This document shows positions 1 through 9,899 of a DNA stretch of 64,000 nt, one piece after another. Made by a program: the position numbers and the translations under genes. The notes under the pieces are model-generated. The model did no database searches. It was given only the letters and a program-made list of their open reading frames with translations, and was not told where the DNA came from. Source of the stretch: Promethearchaeia archaeon (lineage in GTDB: Archaea; Asgardarchaeota; Lokiarchaeia; Sigyniarchaeales; SOKP01); NCBI GenBank assembly GCA_029856145.1, contig JAHQWK010000029.1, positions 15,130-79,129 of the forward strand, given 5' to 3'. Numbering within the stretch: position 1 is the first letter of the stretch; each line of letters starts with the position of its first letter.

Positions 1-1403
1 GGAGAGCGAATAAACCAGATATCTTTCATAGTAATACCGCGTTTACCCTTAGCTTGCTCCCAAAATTCTCTAGTAGTAATTTCACTAACTTCTAACCGGT
101 TCATAATATCCGATAATGTGTTATCTAATGTATCAACAATTCCCTTTCCAAAAATATCTTTTATATTCCCAAATGATTCAAAAATGCCTCCAGAAAGACC
201 ATCAATTCTTTCTTCTGCTAATTTTACGGCTTTATTGAAATTTTCTGAAAGCCCTGCAAATATTCTATCTTTATCTTCACCCGATTTTGAAGCAATTGAA
301 TCTATGTTTTTAACAGCATCCTGAAGTGAATCTTTTAATTTTGAAATAACCTCTGTATTCAACCCTTGAGTTACTTTTTTTAATTCATCTGCAAAGACAG
401 TTTGACTTACACTTAATTGTACATTTAAATTATCAGTTATATCTTTTAAGCGAGAAGCAATAACTTTATCAATAACATCTCCTACCGCTTGTTGAATTAC
501 TCCTAAACGTAGTTTTTGCAAATTGTCTGTAATCGTATTTTTGATATCACCAAACTGATTTCTAAGATCATCAACTTGATTTTTAATTATTTGAGATGTT
601 TTAACATTAAGATTTTCAAATTGATTTGATAAAGAACCCAGTTGATCATCAGTAAGAGTTTGTGAAATATCTCCAAGTTGAGATATGTCTTCTGAAATTG
701 TTCTAATCTGATCAATTGCGGAAATTGTATCATTAAATTCTTTCTTTTGAGTTTGAATTTGAGAAAGCATTTTTTCTTTTAATCCAGTCATTGCTTCACT
801 CGAATCTTTTAATCTTTCCATTCCTTCCGCTTCTGATTCAAGTTTAGTAAAAGATACGTCTAATTGTCTTGGGATTTTTGATTTAATATCTGAAATATAC
901 TTATAGAATTTTTGCAATTGTGCAACTAAAGCAGCATAAGGAGGTAAAGCTTGATAATGAGGTGTTGCTCCGACAATCTCTTTAAATAAGCCTTTTTCTA
1001 CAAACTTTTCGGCGATTTTTTTTAAATCTTCTTTAGGTTTCCCGATTAAAATCGACATTTCACCAATAGATACTGCCTCTCTACCTGTAGTTCGAAAATA
1101 GAGATCAATTTCCTCATCTGTTAAATCAATTTCACTTAATACTTGTTTTGTCAACTCTTTCGAATAAGAGACATCTTCGGTTTTTTCTATCATATCCTTT
1201 ATTTCAAAATTCTCAACCTCTAAATATTGGTTTAAAAAGACAATTAATTTATGAGGCGGTTCCCCGTGAACATCTTCTTTTCTAATTGGAAACTTTTTGA
1301 TTTCTTTATATTCATCAACTGAAATTGGAAATTTAATCTCTTTTAAACATATTTTACATGTAATTGGAACCTCAACTACATCATTATCTTTAAATAGATA
1401 CAT
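1..1403 (-). CDS. Zn-binding N-terminal domain + TrmB-like winged HTH + long coiled coil + start of TrmB-type effector domain (runs off window start)
   Basis: Absent from the ORF track because it is open at the window edge. Read manually from ATG at 1403 without a stop: MYLFKDNDVVEVPITCKICLKEIKFP...VHGEPPHKLIVFLN, then LSEIDLTDEEIDLYFRTTGREAVSIGEMS...FVEKGLFKEIVGATPHYQALPP (TrmB-HTH pattern), a long helical region, then KDIWFIRS. Confidence 0.75.
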   Translation of the reverse strand, partial: MYLFKDNDVVEVPITCKICLKEIKFPISVDEYKEIKKFPIRKEDVHGEPPHKLIVFLNQYLEVENFEIKDMIEKTEDVSYSKELTKQVLSEIDLTDEEIDLYFRTTGREAVSIGEMSILIGKPKEDLKKIAEKFVEKGLFKEIVGATPHYQALPPYAALVAQLQKFYKYISDIKSKIPRQLDVSFTKLESEAEGMERLKDSSEAMTGLKEKMLSQIQTQKKEFNDTISAIDQIRTISEDISQLGDISQTLTDDQLGSLSNQFENLNVKTSQIIKNQVDDLRNQFGDIKNTITDNLQKLRLGVIQQAVGDVIDKVIASRLKDITDNLNVQLSVSQTVFADELKKVTQGLNTEVISKLKDSLQDAVKNIDSIASKSGEDKDRIFAGLSENFNKAVKLAEERIDGLSGGIFESFGNIKDIFGKGIVDTLDNTLSDIMNRLEVSEITTREFWEQAKGKRGITMKDIWFIRS

Positions 1404-1436
1404 TTTTTCTAATCATCTCTTTTTAGTTTTTAAACC

Positions 1437-2690
1437 TCAAAATTTTACTTTTTCAGGATATGTTATTTCTAACAAGCTAAGAGCTTTCTTCGCAATTTCA
1501 TAAGTTATTGCTCCATCAGAATCTTGATTCTTATAGGCTGCTCTAATTTTAGGAAGCATAAATTCAGGAAATACTATCAAAGGTTTTATATCAGTTAATA
1601 GACATATCCATTTTCTGTCATTGTCATCTATAATCTCTGCAATAATATTAAGTTTCTTCAAATCATCTAACAAAATCTCAGTTACAGCAAATTCAGAAAA
1701 GATTTTTGGAATTTTATCTAACGGATAATGATTATGCCTCATTAAAATAAAGAAATCATAGATATCGGGGGATAGGAGGATTGATGCTAGCTTTTTGGTA
1801 TCTTCAAGTGCTTCGGTATATGGATCATATTTTGCAAAGAAATCAACTACGTTTTGCTTATATGTTGGTAATAATTCATTTTTAGTTTCTTTAAAATGGT
1901 TTAATAGATTTTCGTTAGGAATCCGAGCAATCATTATATCCTTAACAAGGAATAAATATTCGCCCTGGTGTGTAATTTCACCTGTCTTTCTATTTTTCTC
2001 TCCTTTTATCCAATCTCTGCGAATAATATTTAGTTCTAAAAACGGTTGAAGTAGAATATCAACATTTATAGTAGAAGTCATTTTTTCTAATATGCTTTTC
2101 ATATCTTTTTTTGAAATAGGAGCCTCTCTTAAAATTTCTAAGATCTTTAAGCGTTCATTACTATTATAGATCAAAGCTGCTTTCTGAAGTTTATCTAAAT
2201 TAGATAACCTATCGACCTGGAAAATAGTGAATTTGACTTCATTTTTTAGTCTTATATTGATATTTTCAATTAAAGAGAGTTGTTTAGAATTTCTAGCCCG
2301 TGTTAATTTATCAAAGATAACATCTAATCGATTACCCATTTCTTTAATTAGATCATCAAAAATCTCAATTTCATCATCTAATTCGAATATGGAGATTGCT
2401 AGATACTGGGTTCCATCAGCAACTTGTTTGAAATATGATACTACTTGATAAGGAGTTTCTTTTAATCTTCCCTGATAAAAGTTACTATAACTATATTTGA
2501 CTCCAAAAAGTCCTGTAGTATGCTGATAAAAAATCGCGAAAATATCATTTTGAACTAATAATTCTGAAAAATCTTCTTCATCAAATTTATCTTCCCGGAA
2601 TATTAATTGAATTGGTTCAAATTCAGGTTCTATTTCGCCCGTTTCTTTTTGATTAATTTTGAACTGAAATGTCAAAATACCTTGGATCAA
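1437..2690 (-). CDS. Hypothetical protein with putative N-terminal longin/uDENN-like domain and C-terminal winged-helix region
   Basis: 417 aa ORF. N-terminus GILTFQF...IFYQH...VVSYF...ISIFELDDE resembles the 56150-57028 product; LKILEILREAPISKKDM...LLQPFLELNIIRR is wHTH-like. Confidence 0.55.
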   Translation of the reverse strand: MIQGILTFQFKINQKETGEIEPEFEPIQLIFREDKFDEEDFSELLVQNDIFAIFYQHTTGLFGVKYSYSNFYQGRLKETPYQVVSYFKQVADGTQYLAISIFELDDEIEIFDDLIKEMGNRLDVIFDKLTRARNSKQLSLIENINIRLKNEVKFTIFQVDRLSNLDKLQKAALIYNSNERLKILEILREAPISKKDMKSILEKMTSTINVDILLQPFLELNIIRRDWIKGEKNRKTGEITHQGEYLFLVKDIMIARIPNENLLNHFKETKNELLPTYKQNVVDFFAKYDPYTEALEDTKKLASILLSPDIYDFFILMRHNHYPLDKIPKIFSEFAVTEILLDDLKKLNIIAEIIDDNDRKWICLLTDIKPLIVFPEFMLPKIRAAYKNQDSDGAITYEIAKKALSLLEITYPEKVKF

Positions 2691-2907
2691 CTATATCACT
2701 TTAAAAAGTAGATAAATAAGTTTTTTAATTAAAATTATATAATTATTTCTTAAGTATTATTTATTATTATTATTTAATTAAACTTTATTCAATTTGATTA
2801 ATTATCTATATTAAGTATATCAAAACTGTTGGTGGTAAGTTTCTATTAAAAAACTAAAAAAACTAAGACAAAAAAAATATTATTTTCTTTTATTTATATT
2901 AACTTGT

Positions 2908-4542
2908 TTGTTTTTAAGCGTTTTTATATCTAGCTTTAATTCAAGTAATCCATTTAAACAAGAATTAAGTCCTAAAAATATTCAAACCTCATCAGTGCAA
3001 TCCTTCAGTAGACAATGGCTTGCTAATAGGGATTTTGAGGACATTTCTTCATGGATATCTATCAAGGATGGTGATATATCAGACGTTGATGCGTTTATAA
3101 GTCAAGGTTGGGGTAATTATCTAATCCATGGTGATTCAGATGAGATAAGAATTGATGAGCCTCTTAATAATATCAATTGGCAAGATTATAACAATCCAAA
3201 ATTCCCAATATCTCCCGATACTAATGGTAGTTCTTCAGCAGGATTATATATTACTCATCAATGGGATGAAAGTGATGATCAAACTCGAAATACACCGAGT
3301 ATTCATTGGAAAAGAACCATACGAATGGGTTTTAACATGTCAGATTATATTATTACGGATGCCTCTCTTGATGTAATTTTTAATGCTACAGTCACTGCTG
3401 TAGGATCAAATCCATTACAACCACATATAGGTGGAATTGAACGTCCTGGTGATTATACAGAAGGTCAATTTCCAAATCCACCAAATAATGAAACACAGCT
3501 TGCTATAGGTGATTTTGCTACTTTTTATGTACTTATTTCTGATGTAGAAAATAATAATGTTTTTCAAATTGCAGTAAATAAAACAACTGATCTTGGACAA
3601 GATACTCCAGAAGTAACAAATTATACAGATACAGCTCTCGATGAGGTTCCAAAAAATATTTTAATTTCTTATTTAAACTCAGTTTTGGAATATGATAACT
3701 TTAATTTTACAATTACTTTAGGCATAGATGTTTATTGCGAAGACAACGAATATAACGTGGATATAGACACTTGGGACATGTTAATCATGAGATCATTTAA
3801 TTTAACCTTTACATATAAAAAGAAAATAGACCAATTTACATCAATTTCATGGCAACAAACAGGAGACCAAATTACAGGAGAGACTATCCAAGTAACAGGT
3901 GCTCAGTTGAATTTTGACTTTAAAATTGATAATTCATGGCCCTCTAGCTTATCTCCTAATTCAGAAATTCGTGTGTTAATAAATAACAAACAAATAATCG
4001 AAACTATAAAATTAAGTAGAGCCACAGATTCTAGTCAAGAAGCTTACCCAGGTCGAATTGATGTAACATCATTTATATCCAAAGATATAGATATTACTCT
4101 TTCGATTCAAGTCTACTTAGCAGATGAGTTTGGGTTATCTAAGAATATTACAATTTCTATTGATAACGTTTATTTTCGAATTTATTGGAATTTATATACA
4201 GATGATATATTTTCAGAGCCACTTTTTTTCCGGGTGTTACTTATCGCTGCCAGTATTGCGGGTTTAAGCATCGGAGGATATCTGGTTGCATATCAGAGAG
4301 TTTTAAAATATTCAAAACCAGTAAGAAAAGTAAGAAAATATAGAAGAACTTTAGTAAGGAAGAAAGATCCATTAGTAAATATTATAAATAGAAAAGATGC
4401 TTTTAAGAAAAAGTATAAAAAAGAACTACATAAAACATCTTCCTTTTTAAGAGGAAAACCAACAGAAGAAACTAAAACATTAGTTCAACCAAAACAACCA
4501 ATAGAAACAAAAAAATTACCTGAAGGTAATAAAAATTTATAG
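2908..4542 (+). CDS. Single-pass membrane-anchored surface protein, paralog 1 (true start probably ATT at 2845)
   Basis: Hydrophobic N-terminus, many N-x-S/T sequons, C-terminal TM (VLLIAASIAGLSIGGYLVAY) and basic tail; collinear similarity to 4607-6322. Confidence 0.75.
   Translation: MFLSVFISSFNSSNPFKQELSPKNIQTSSVQSFSRQWLANRDFEDISSWISIKDGDISDVDAFISQGWGNYLIHGDSDEIRIDEPLNNINWQDYNNPKFPISPDTNGSSSAGLYITHQWDESDDQTRNTPSIHWKRTIRMGFNMSDYIITDASLDVIFNATVTAVGSNPLQPHIGGIERPGDYTEGQFPNPPNNETQLAIGDFATFYVLISDVENNNVFQIAVNKTTDLGQDTPEVTNYTDTALDEVPKNILISYLNSVLEYDNFNFTITLGIDVYCEDNEYNVDIDTWDMLIMRSFNLTFTYKKKIDQFTSISWQQTGDQITGETIQVTGAQLNFDFKIDNSWPSSLSPNSEIRVLINNKQIIETIKLSRATDSSQEAYPGRIDVTSFISKDIDITLSIQVYLADEFGLSKNITISIDNVYFRIYWNLYTDDIFSEPLFFRVLLIAASIAGLSIGGYLVAYQRVLKYSKPVRKVRKYRRTLVRKKDPLVNIINRKDAFKKKYKKELHKTSSFLRGKPTEETKTLVQPKQPIETKKLPEGNKNL
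3355..3392 (+). repeat. 38-bp exact direct repeat, copy 1 (copy 2 at 5081-5118)
   Basis: acggatgcctctcttgatgtaatttttaatgctacagt occurs in both paralogous genes. Confidence 0.9.
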
Positions 4543-4606
4543 AAAATAGTGGAGGTAAAATATAATTTTATATCAAAAAATTAAAATTGAGAAATTACTC
4601 ATTGTA

Positions 4607-6322
4607 GTGTTAATCTTTCTAATTCCATTATTTTCTCATATGATTTTTACAAATACGGTCATTGATAATTCTAAAATTAATTTAGAAACGGAAAACCTCA
4701 AGAATTCAAGGGTGGAATATCATCTGAATAAATCTTGGATTAAAAATCCTACATTTGATGGAACTGGACACCCTTGGGAATCAAGAATAGAAGGTGATTA
4801 TAGGGATGTCATGGGAAATATAGCTCTAGGTCAAGCAAATTATAAAATATTCGGTGATTCTAGAGAATTAAAGATTGATGATCCTTTAAATGATACAGAT
4901 TGGGAACTATTTAGAAATCCAGATTTACCTATCTTACCAAATGGATTGAAGAACATTACTGAGAGTGGGTGTGTAGTTTCACATTCATGGGATGAAAATG
5001 TAAATCAAACTCATAATAGACCGAGTGCTCAATGGAAAAGAACTATAAATGTGCCTGTCGATATAAGAGACTATATAATAACGGATGCCTCTCTTGATGT
5101 AATTTTTAATGCTACAGTAACAGTTTCTCCGTGGAATAACGGTGGAATAGACAGAGAGGGAGATCTAGGGTTAGATGATTATTCTACAGGTGATTACACA
5201 GAATTTTATGTTCTTCTTTCAGATGTGGAAGAAACTTTTCCATCAGTCAGAGTAGCTTATAATCATACAGGCGACCTTGGACTAGATGGTACTTCAGGTA
5301 TTTACCCTGATACTCCTATGGAAATAGTTCCTAAAAACGTTTTAATAAGCATTTTATCATCGGTTTTGCAAACAACTGGTTTTAATTTTACGATTACTCT
5401 TGGTATAGATATTTACTGTGAAGACAATGAATTGGGAGTAGATATAGATACCTGGAATTCTTTAATAATTAGGTCCTTTAATTTAACTTTCTCTTACGAG
5501 AAAAAAATTGATCAACTTACGTCATTATCATGGGAACAAGTAGGTAATGCAATAACAGGAACCAATGTTCAAGTTACAAATGCAAATCTTACATTTACAT
5601 ATAAGATTGATAGGCCATGGCCAGAGATATCTTCACCAAATTCCGAAATTAAAGTTCTACTCAATAATAATTCAATGGCAGAAACAATTAAATTAAGTAC
5701 AGCTAACAGTTCGTTCCAGATAGCAAAAGAGGGAGGATATGACGTTACATCCCTCATTTTAAAAGATACGAATATCACCCTAGCAATCCAAGTTTATATG
5801 GCAGATGAGTTCGGTTTAGATCATAATATTACGATTTCCATAGATGATGCTTATTTAACAATTTCATATGTTGAGATTTTTCCCGAATTTTTTTCTGAGC
5901 CATGGGTATTTGCAGCATTATTAGTTTTCGCTAGCATAGCTACAGCAGGTATTGGAGGGTATTTTATTGCATATCAAAGAGTTTTGAAGTATCCTAGACC
6001 CGTTAGAAAAGTGATGAAATATAGAAGAACTTTGAACAGAAGTAATGAGCCAGATGTCGCTATTATGCCTCGAAATGTAGCATTTAATATAGCATATAAC
6101 CATGAATTAACTGCGACTTCTAAATCGTTAAAAATAAAACCAAGTGAGATAAAAAAACCGATCATTACAGAAAAAGAGGCTATTGAAAAACCATCAGATA
6201 AAATTTTAGATAAGAAAATAGAATCTGAAGAATTAATCACCAAATCCCTGGAAAAAAAAGAAGAACTTGATGAGTTAGTTAAAGATTCTATAGGAGACGC
6301 ATCAGAGACAGATAAATCCTAA
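4607..6322 (+). CDS. Single-pass membrane-anchored surface protein, paralog 2 (true start probably ATA/ATT at 4562/4565)
   Basis: Shares DYIITDASLDVIFNATVT, FNFTITLGIDxYCEDNE and AYQRVLKYxxPVRKV with the upstream gene; C-terminal TM. Confidence 0.75.
   Translation: MLIFLIPLFSHMIFTNTVIDNSKINLETENLKNSRVEYHLNKSWIKNPTFDGTGHPWESRIEGDYRDVMGNIALGQANYKIFGDSRELKIDDPLNDTDWELFRNPDLPILPNGLKNITESGCVVSHSWDENVNQTHNRPSAQWKRTINVPVDIRDYIITDASLDVIFNATVTVSPWNNGGIDREGDLGLDDYSTGDYTEFYVLLSDVEETFPSVRVAYNHTGDLGLDGTSGIYPDTPMEIVPKNVLISILSSVLQTTGFNFTITLGIDIYCEDNELGVDIDTWNSLIIRSFNLTFSYEKKIDQLTSLSWEQVGNAITGTNVQVTNANLTFTYKIDRPWPEISSPNSEIKVLLNNNSMAETIKLSTANSSFQIAKEGGYDVTSLILKDTNITLAIQVYMADEFGLDHNITISIDDAYLTISYVEIFPEFFSEPWVFAALLVFASIATAGIGGYFIAYQRVLKYPRPVRKVMKYRRTLNRSNEPDVAIMPRNVAFNIAYNHELTATSKSLKIKPSEIKKPIITEKEAIEKPSDKILDKKIESEELITKSLEKKEELDELVKDSIGDASETDKS
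5081..5118 (+). repeat. 38-bp exact direct repeat, copy 2
   Basis: Identical to 3355-3392. Confidence 0.9.
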
Positions 6323-6334
6323 TATAAATTACTC

Positions 6335-6883
6335 TTATCTTTTTAAACAAGCCATTATTGCAGCATCATGGTAATTCCCATGAAAATTTAAATATTCTTT
6401 TAATACACCTTCTTCATTAAAACCACATTTTTCAAAAAGAGTAATAGACTTCTCATTTTCTATTGCAATGTAAGCTTCAAGTCTATTTAATTTTAGATGA
6501 TTATATCCTATGTTTTTAATCAAGTTTAGAGATATTTCTGCTAACCCTTTACTCCAAAAAGAAGGAACTAACCAAATACCAATCTGAGCTCGACGATGCT
6601 GCCAGTTAATATTCCAAAGACTAATCGAGCCAATTTTCACTTTATTAACTTCAAGAAACTCAATTATATAATTAAATTGAATATTATTATCCCAATATTT
6701 TAAATAACCTTTAATTAATCTTTTCGAGTGTTCTAATGTCTTTAATGGGCCCAAAGATAAATAGGTTATCAAATCCCTGTTATTTAGGCTTTTAAATACA
6801 AATTCTACATCATCTTTAGAAATTTTCCTAAGGAAAAGATTTCCATCATTAATTTCTTCCACAATTTCAGAGTTTCTTATCAT
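6335..6883 (-). CDS. GNAT acetyltransferase, RimJ/RimL family
   Basis: IGSISLWNINWQHRRAQIGIWL, FWSKGLA, NEKSITLFEKCGF.EEGVLKE. Confidence 0.9.
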   Translation of the reverse strand: MIRNSEIVEEINDGNLFLRKISKDDVEFVFKSLNNRDLITYLSLGPLKTLEHSKRLIKGYLKYWDNNIQFNYIIEFLEVNKVKIGSISLWNINWQHRRAQIGIWLVPSFWSKGLAEISLNLIKNIGYNHLKLNRLEAYIAIENEKSITLFEKCGFNEEGVLKEYLNFHGNYHDAAIMACLKR

Positions 6884-6988
6884 AATTTAGATTTTAATAT
6901 TATTATCTCATATAATAAAAAAAATATTTATATATTTTTAAAAAAAAAGATTAAAAAATGAATATGAAAAAAAGGAATATATTAATTT

Positions 6989-7819
6989 TTATATCCCACC
7001 AGTGAAATTTGGTTTTCTTTTTTCTAAAAAGGCTTTGATACCTTCACTAACGTCTTTAGATCCACTATTTACACCGAATCCTAACATTTCGAATTGACTA
7101 CCTACTTGAATGGGTACTTGAGTCCCAAATTTTACTGCTTTCTTAATTACTAATAAGCTAGTTGTAGGTGCATGTCCTAACCATGAAGCCTTTTCATGAA
7201 TAAGGTTTTCAAATTCTTCACCATCATCACATAGATAACTTACATGACCCCATTCATACATTTTATCTGCGGGTATTCTTTCTCCAAAATAAATCATATT
7301 TAATGCTCGGTTCACTCCAATACGTCTTGCCATTCTTTGAGTGCCTCCATTTCCAGGAAAAATTCCTCTATTTATTTCAGGAAATGCGAAAAATGATCTT
7401 TTAGTAGCAATTAAAATATCACAGACAAGAGTTAATTCACATCCTCCTCCAAAAGCATAACCATCTATTGCACCGATTACTGGTTTTGGAAATTGTTCAA
7501 TTAAACTATAATATCTATGTTTTTGTTGCATAGCTATGGTCCAGTGAACAGGAATATTAAATTTTAATCCTTTCCCCATAGGAGAAGATAAATCTGCACC
7601 AGCAGAAAACGCAGGTTTCTTAGTAACATTTTTAGTTCCTCGAAGAACTATACATCTAACACTGCTTTCAGTTTCGAATTGTTCCATCGCTTCATAAATT
7701 TCTCTTAATGTTTGCGTCGTAAGTGCATTTAATTTATTAGGCCTATTAATTGAAATTACTGCATAATTACCTTCTTCATTTCTCTCTACCATTACATGTT
7801 CAAATTTCTTTTCTGACAT
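6989..7819 (-). CDS. Enoyl-CoA hydratase/isomerase (crotonase)
   Basis: NRPNKLNAL, AFSAGADL, GYAFGGGCEL, FAFPEINRGIFPGNGGTQR. Confidence 0.93.
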   Translation of the reverse strand: MSEKKFEHVMVERNEEGNYAVISINRPNKLNALTTQTLREIYEAMEQFETESSVRCIVLRGTKNVTKKPAFSAGADLSSPMGKGLKFNIPVHWTIAMQQKHRYYSLIEQFPKPVIGAIDGYAFGGGCELTLVCDILIATKRSFFAFPEINRGIFPGNGGTQRMARRIGVNRALNMIYFGERIPADKMYEWGHVSYLCDDGEEFENLIHEKASWLGHAPTTSLLVIKKAVKFGTQVPIQVGSQFEMLGFGVNSGSKDVSEGIKAFLEKRKPNFTGGI

Positions 7820-7997
7820 TTAATCTAACCTCTATTATTTGGTTTAAACAATCTTTAATATGTAGATTTAAATTTAATTAGTATTATTTTTATTAAAATT
7901 AAAAATTTTCAATTTGAAATTCCTTAATATCCTTTTCCTCAAAAAAACTAAATAAAAAATAATAAAGAATAAAAAAAAAAAAGTAAATTCTGTTAGA

Positions 7998-9173
7998 TTA
8001 CTTTCTCATTTTAACAAATTCGCCAGATTTCATAAGTGCACAAGGTTTTAAGTATTCTTTTCCGGTCTCAACTACAAGTTTTTCTAGTAACGCCGACCAT
8101 TCAGTATAATTTCTTTTACCTGCTCCAAATGGACCAGGTGTATTCATTCCAGCCATATTTGCATCATCAATTATTTTAAAACCACTCGCAACACCTTCTT
8201 CTAAAAGACGACAACCTTCGTTTAATGAAATAGCAAACAAAGCATTTATATCAAATAATCCTGCCTTGGTAGACATATCTGGTTGGGGTCTGCCTTTACT
8301 CCAATCATAGAATCCTTGACCAGTTTTTCTACCTAAAGTACCTTTCTCATACATTTCAGTAAGTACTTTTCCCGGTTTAAAGTCTGGATGTAATAGTTCA
8401 GCATTATAATTCATTCCATGTACAAGAGTATCAATACCAACATAATCCATTAACACACCTGGAGGCATAGCTGCGAGCTTACCCACATCGGCATCTATTT
8501 GATTCCATGGAATTCCTTTCTCTGCTGCTTGATCAAGAACCCAACTTATATAGATATTTCCTGGAGCGTTTAATCTATTTACAATAAAGCCAGGTCTATC
8601 CTTTAATACCGGAGCAATGAATCTTTTACCCCTCAAGACAGGAAGCGATTTAGCGACATCCATTGCGGCATTAAATGTATCCTCTGAAGTATCTGCTCCT
8701 TTAATTACTTCAATGCATGCCATTAAAGGAACTGGATTGAAGAAATGCATTCCACATACTCTCTCTGGAGCACCACTATCTTTACCGATTTCAGTTATGC
8801 TCATAAAGGAAGTATTAGAAGCAAAAATGATATGGGGGGGTCCGTTATCCATAATAGTCTTACATACTTCTTTCTTTGGAGCCATTTTTTCTACTATTGC
8901 CTCTATGACCATATCAGCATCTTTTACAGCAGAAGCTAAATCAGTTGATTTTTTACATCTTGCCATAACCTCCACGGTAGTAACACCTTCACCTAATTTA
9001 CCCTTTTCCTCAGATTTTTTAACACCTGTTTCTATGCCTGAATAAGCTTTATTAACGAGTTCATCCTTGATATCAACTAATGTGACATTGTAGCCTGCCA
9101 TTAAAGCTACTTGAGCAATTCCTTCACCCATAAGGCCTACACCTAAAGTTACAATATTTTTAATATCAGCCAT
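7998..9173 (-). CDS. 3-hydroxyacyl-CoA dehydrogenase
   Basis: GVGLMGEGIA Rossmann motif, IEAIVE, ASNTS, GMHFFNP, PGFIVNR, LGRKTGQGFY. Confidence 0.93.
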   Translation of the reverse strand: MADIKNIVTLGVGLMGEGIAQVALMAGYNVTLVDIKDELVNKAYSGIETGVKKSEEKGKLGEGVTTVEVMARCKKSTDLASAVKDADMVIEAIVEKMAPKKEVCKTIMDNGPPHIIFASNTSFMSITEIGKDSGAPERVCGMHFFNPVPLMACIEVIKGADTSEDTFNAAMDVAKSLPVLRGKRFIAPVLKDRPGFIVNRLNAPGNIYISWVLDQAAEKGIPWNQIDADVGKLAAMPPGVLMDYVGIDTLVHGMNYNAELLHPDFKPGKVLTEMYEKGTLGRKTGQGFYDWSKGRPQPDMSTKAGLFDINALFAISLNEGCRLLEEGVASGFKIIDDANMAGMNTPGPFGAGKRNYTEWSALLEKLVVETGKEYLKPCALMKSGEFVKMRK

Positions 9174-9221
9174 TTTTTTAATTTCAACCTCTTAAAATTA
9201 AATTTAAAATTGAATTTAGTA

Positions 9222-9237
9222 ATGTTAAATTTAACAT
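9222..9237. promoter_or_regulatory. Perfect 16-bp palindrome, candidate operator of the HADH/crotonase genes
   Basis: ATGTTAAATTTAACAT, about 50 bp upstream of the 9173 start codon. Confidence 0.45.
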
Positions 9238-9281
9238 CAATTATATTTTTTTTTTAAAGATATTGAGAATATAAAATAAAT

Positions 9282-9809
9282 TTATTTATAAAAAATTAAT
9301 TCTTCAACACATACGTCTTTCTCAACATCATTTTCAAGAAAGTTGATCTCAACTTTTTTTATTTTGTTCCCTAATAATTTCTGAAATGCGGTTTCAAAGT
9401 ATCCCTTATTAGTTCTACAAAAATATTTTCCGTAATTTAATTTTTCGCGATGGCTGATTGGTGTACGTAAAAAGCAGTGATTTTCAATAACAATTCTAAC
9501 TTTTTCATCATATTGTTCAATGTCTCTTACTTGGAGTGAATAAAATTCTTTTAATTCTTCCATCAAAATTACTAAAGCTTCCATTATTTCAAATTCTTCC
9601 TTACCATATTCCCTTTTAATTCTTTCCGCAATCGTAGTCCCAGGAAACACCCCTATTTGATAAAGAATGGAAAGTAAACTATTACGGCCAAAAACATCAT
9701 AAACTTTATAAACTAACGATTCGCTAATTACTTCAAATCCTTTAATTGAATTGATATTTTTAATTGGATTTTGTATTCTCTCATTTATTTCTTCTATATA
9801 TTCTTCCAC
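9282..9809 (-). CDS. V4R (4VR)-like domain protein
   Basis: LYQIG...AERI helix, then IVIENHCF...YFCRTNKGYFETAF...VCVEELIF with three Cys as in V4R. Confidence 0.6.
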   Translation of the reverse strand: MEEYIEEINERIQNPIKNINSIKGFEVISESLVYKVYDVFGRNSLLSILYQIGVFPGTTIAERIKREYGKEEFEIMEALVILMEELKEFYSLQVRDIEQYDEKVRIVIENHCFLRTPISHREKLNYGKYFCRTNKGYFETAFQKLLGNKIKKVEINFLENDVEKDVCVEELIFYK

Positions 9810-9899
9810 TATAAAATACCCCTAATTTCAAAGAGTAAGTCTAAAAACTAATAAATTCTTATTAAATAATTATCGCTGTTGATCTATTTAAAAATTTCT

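Noticed and set aside
1437-2690. ESCRT-II (tandem winged helix) assignment
   Set aside because: No recognisable Vps22/25/36 motifs and no ESCRT-III, Vps4 or ubiquitin genes nearby
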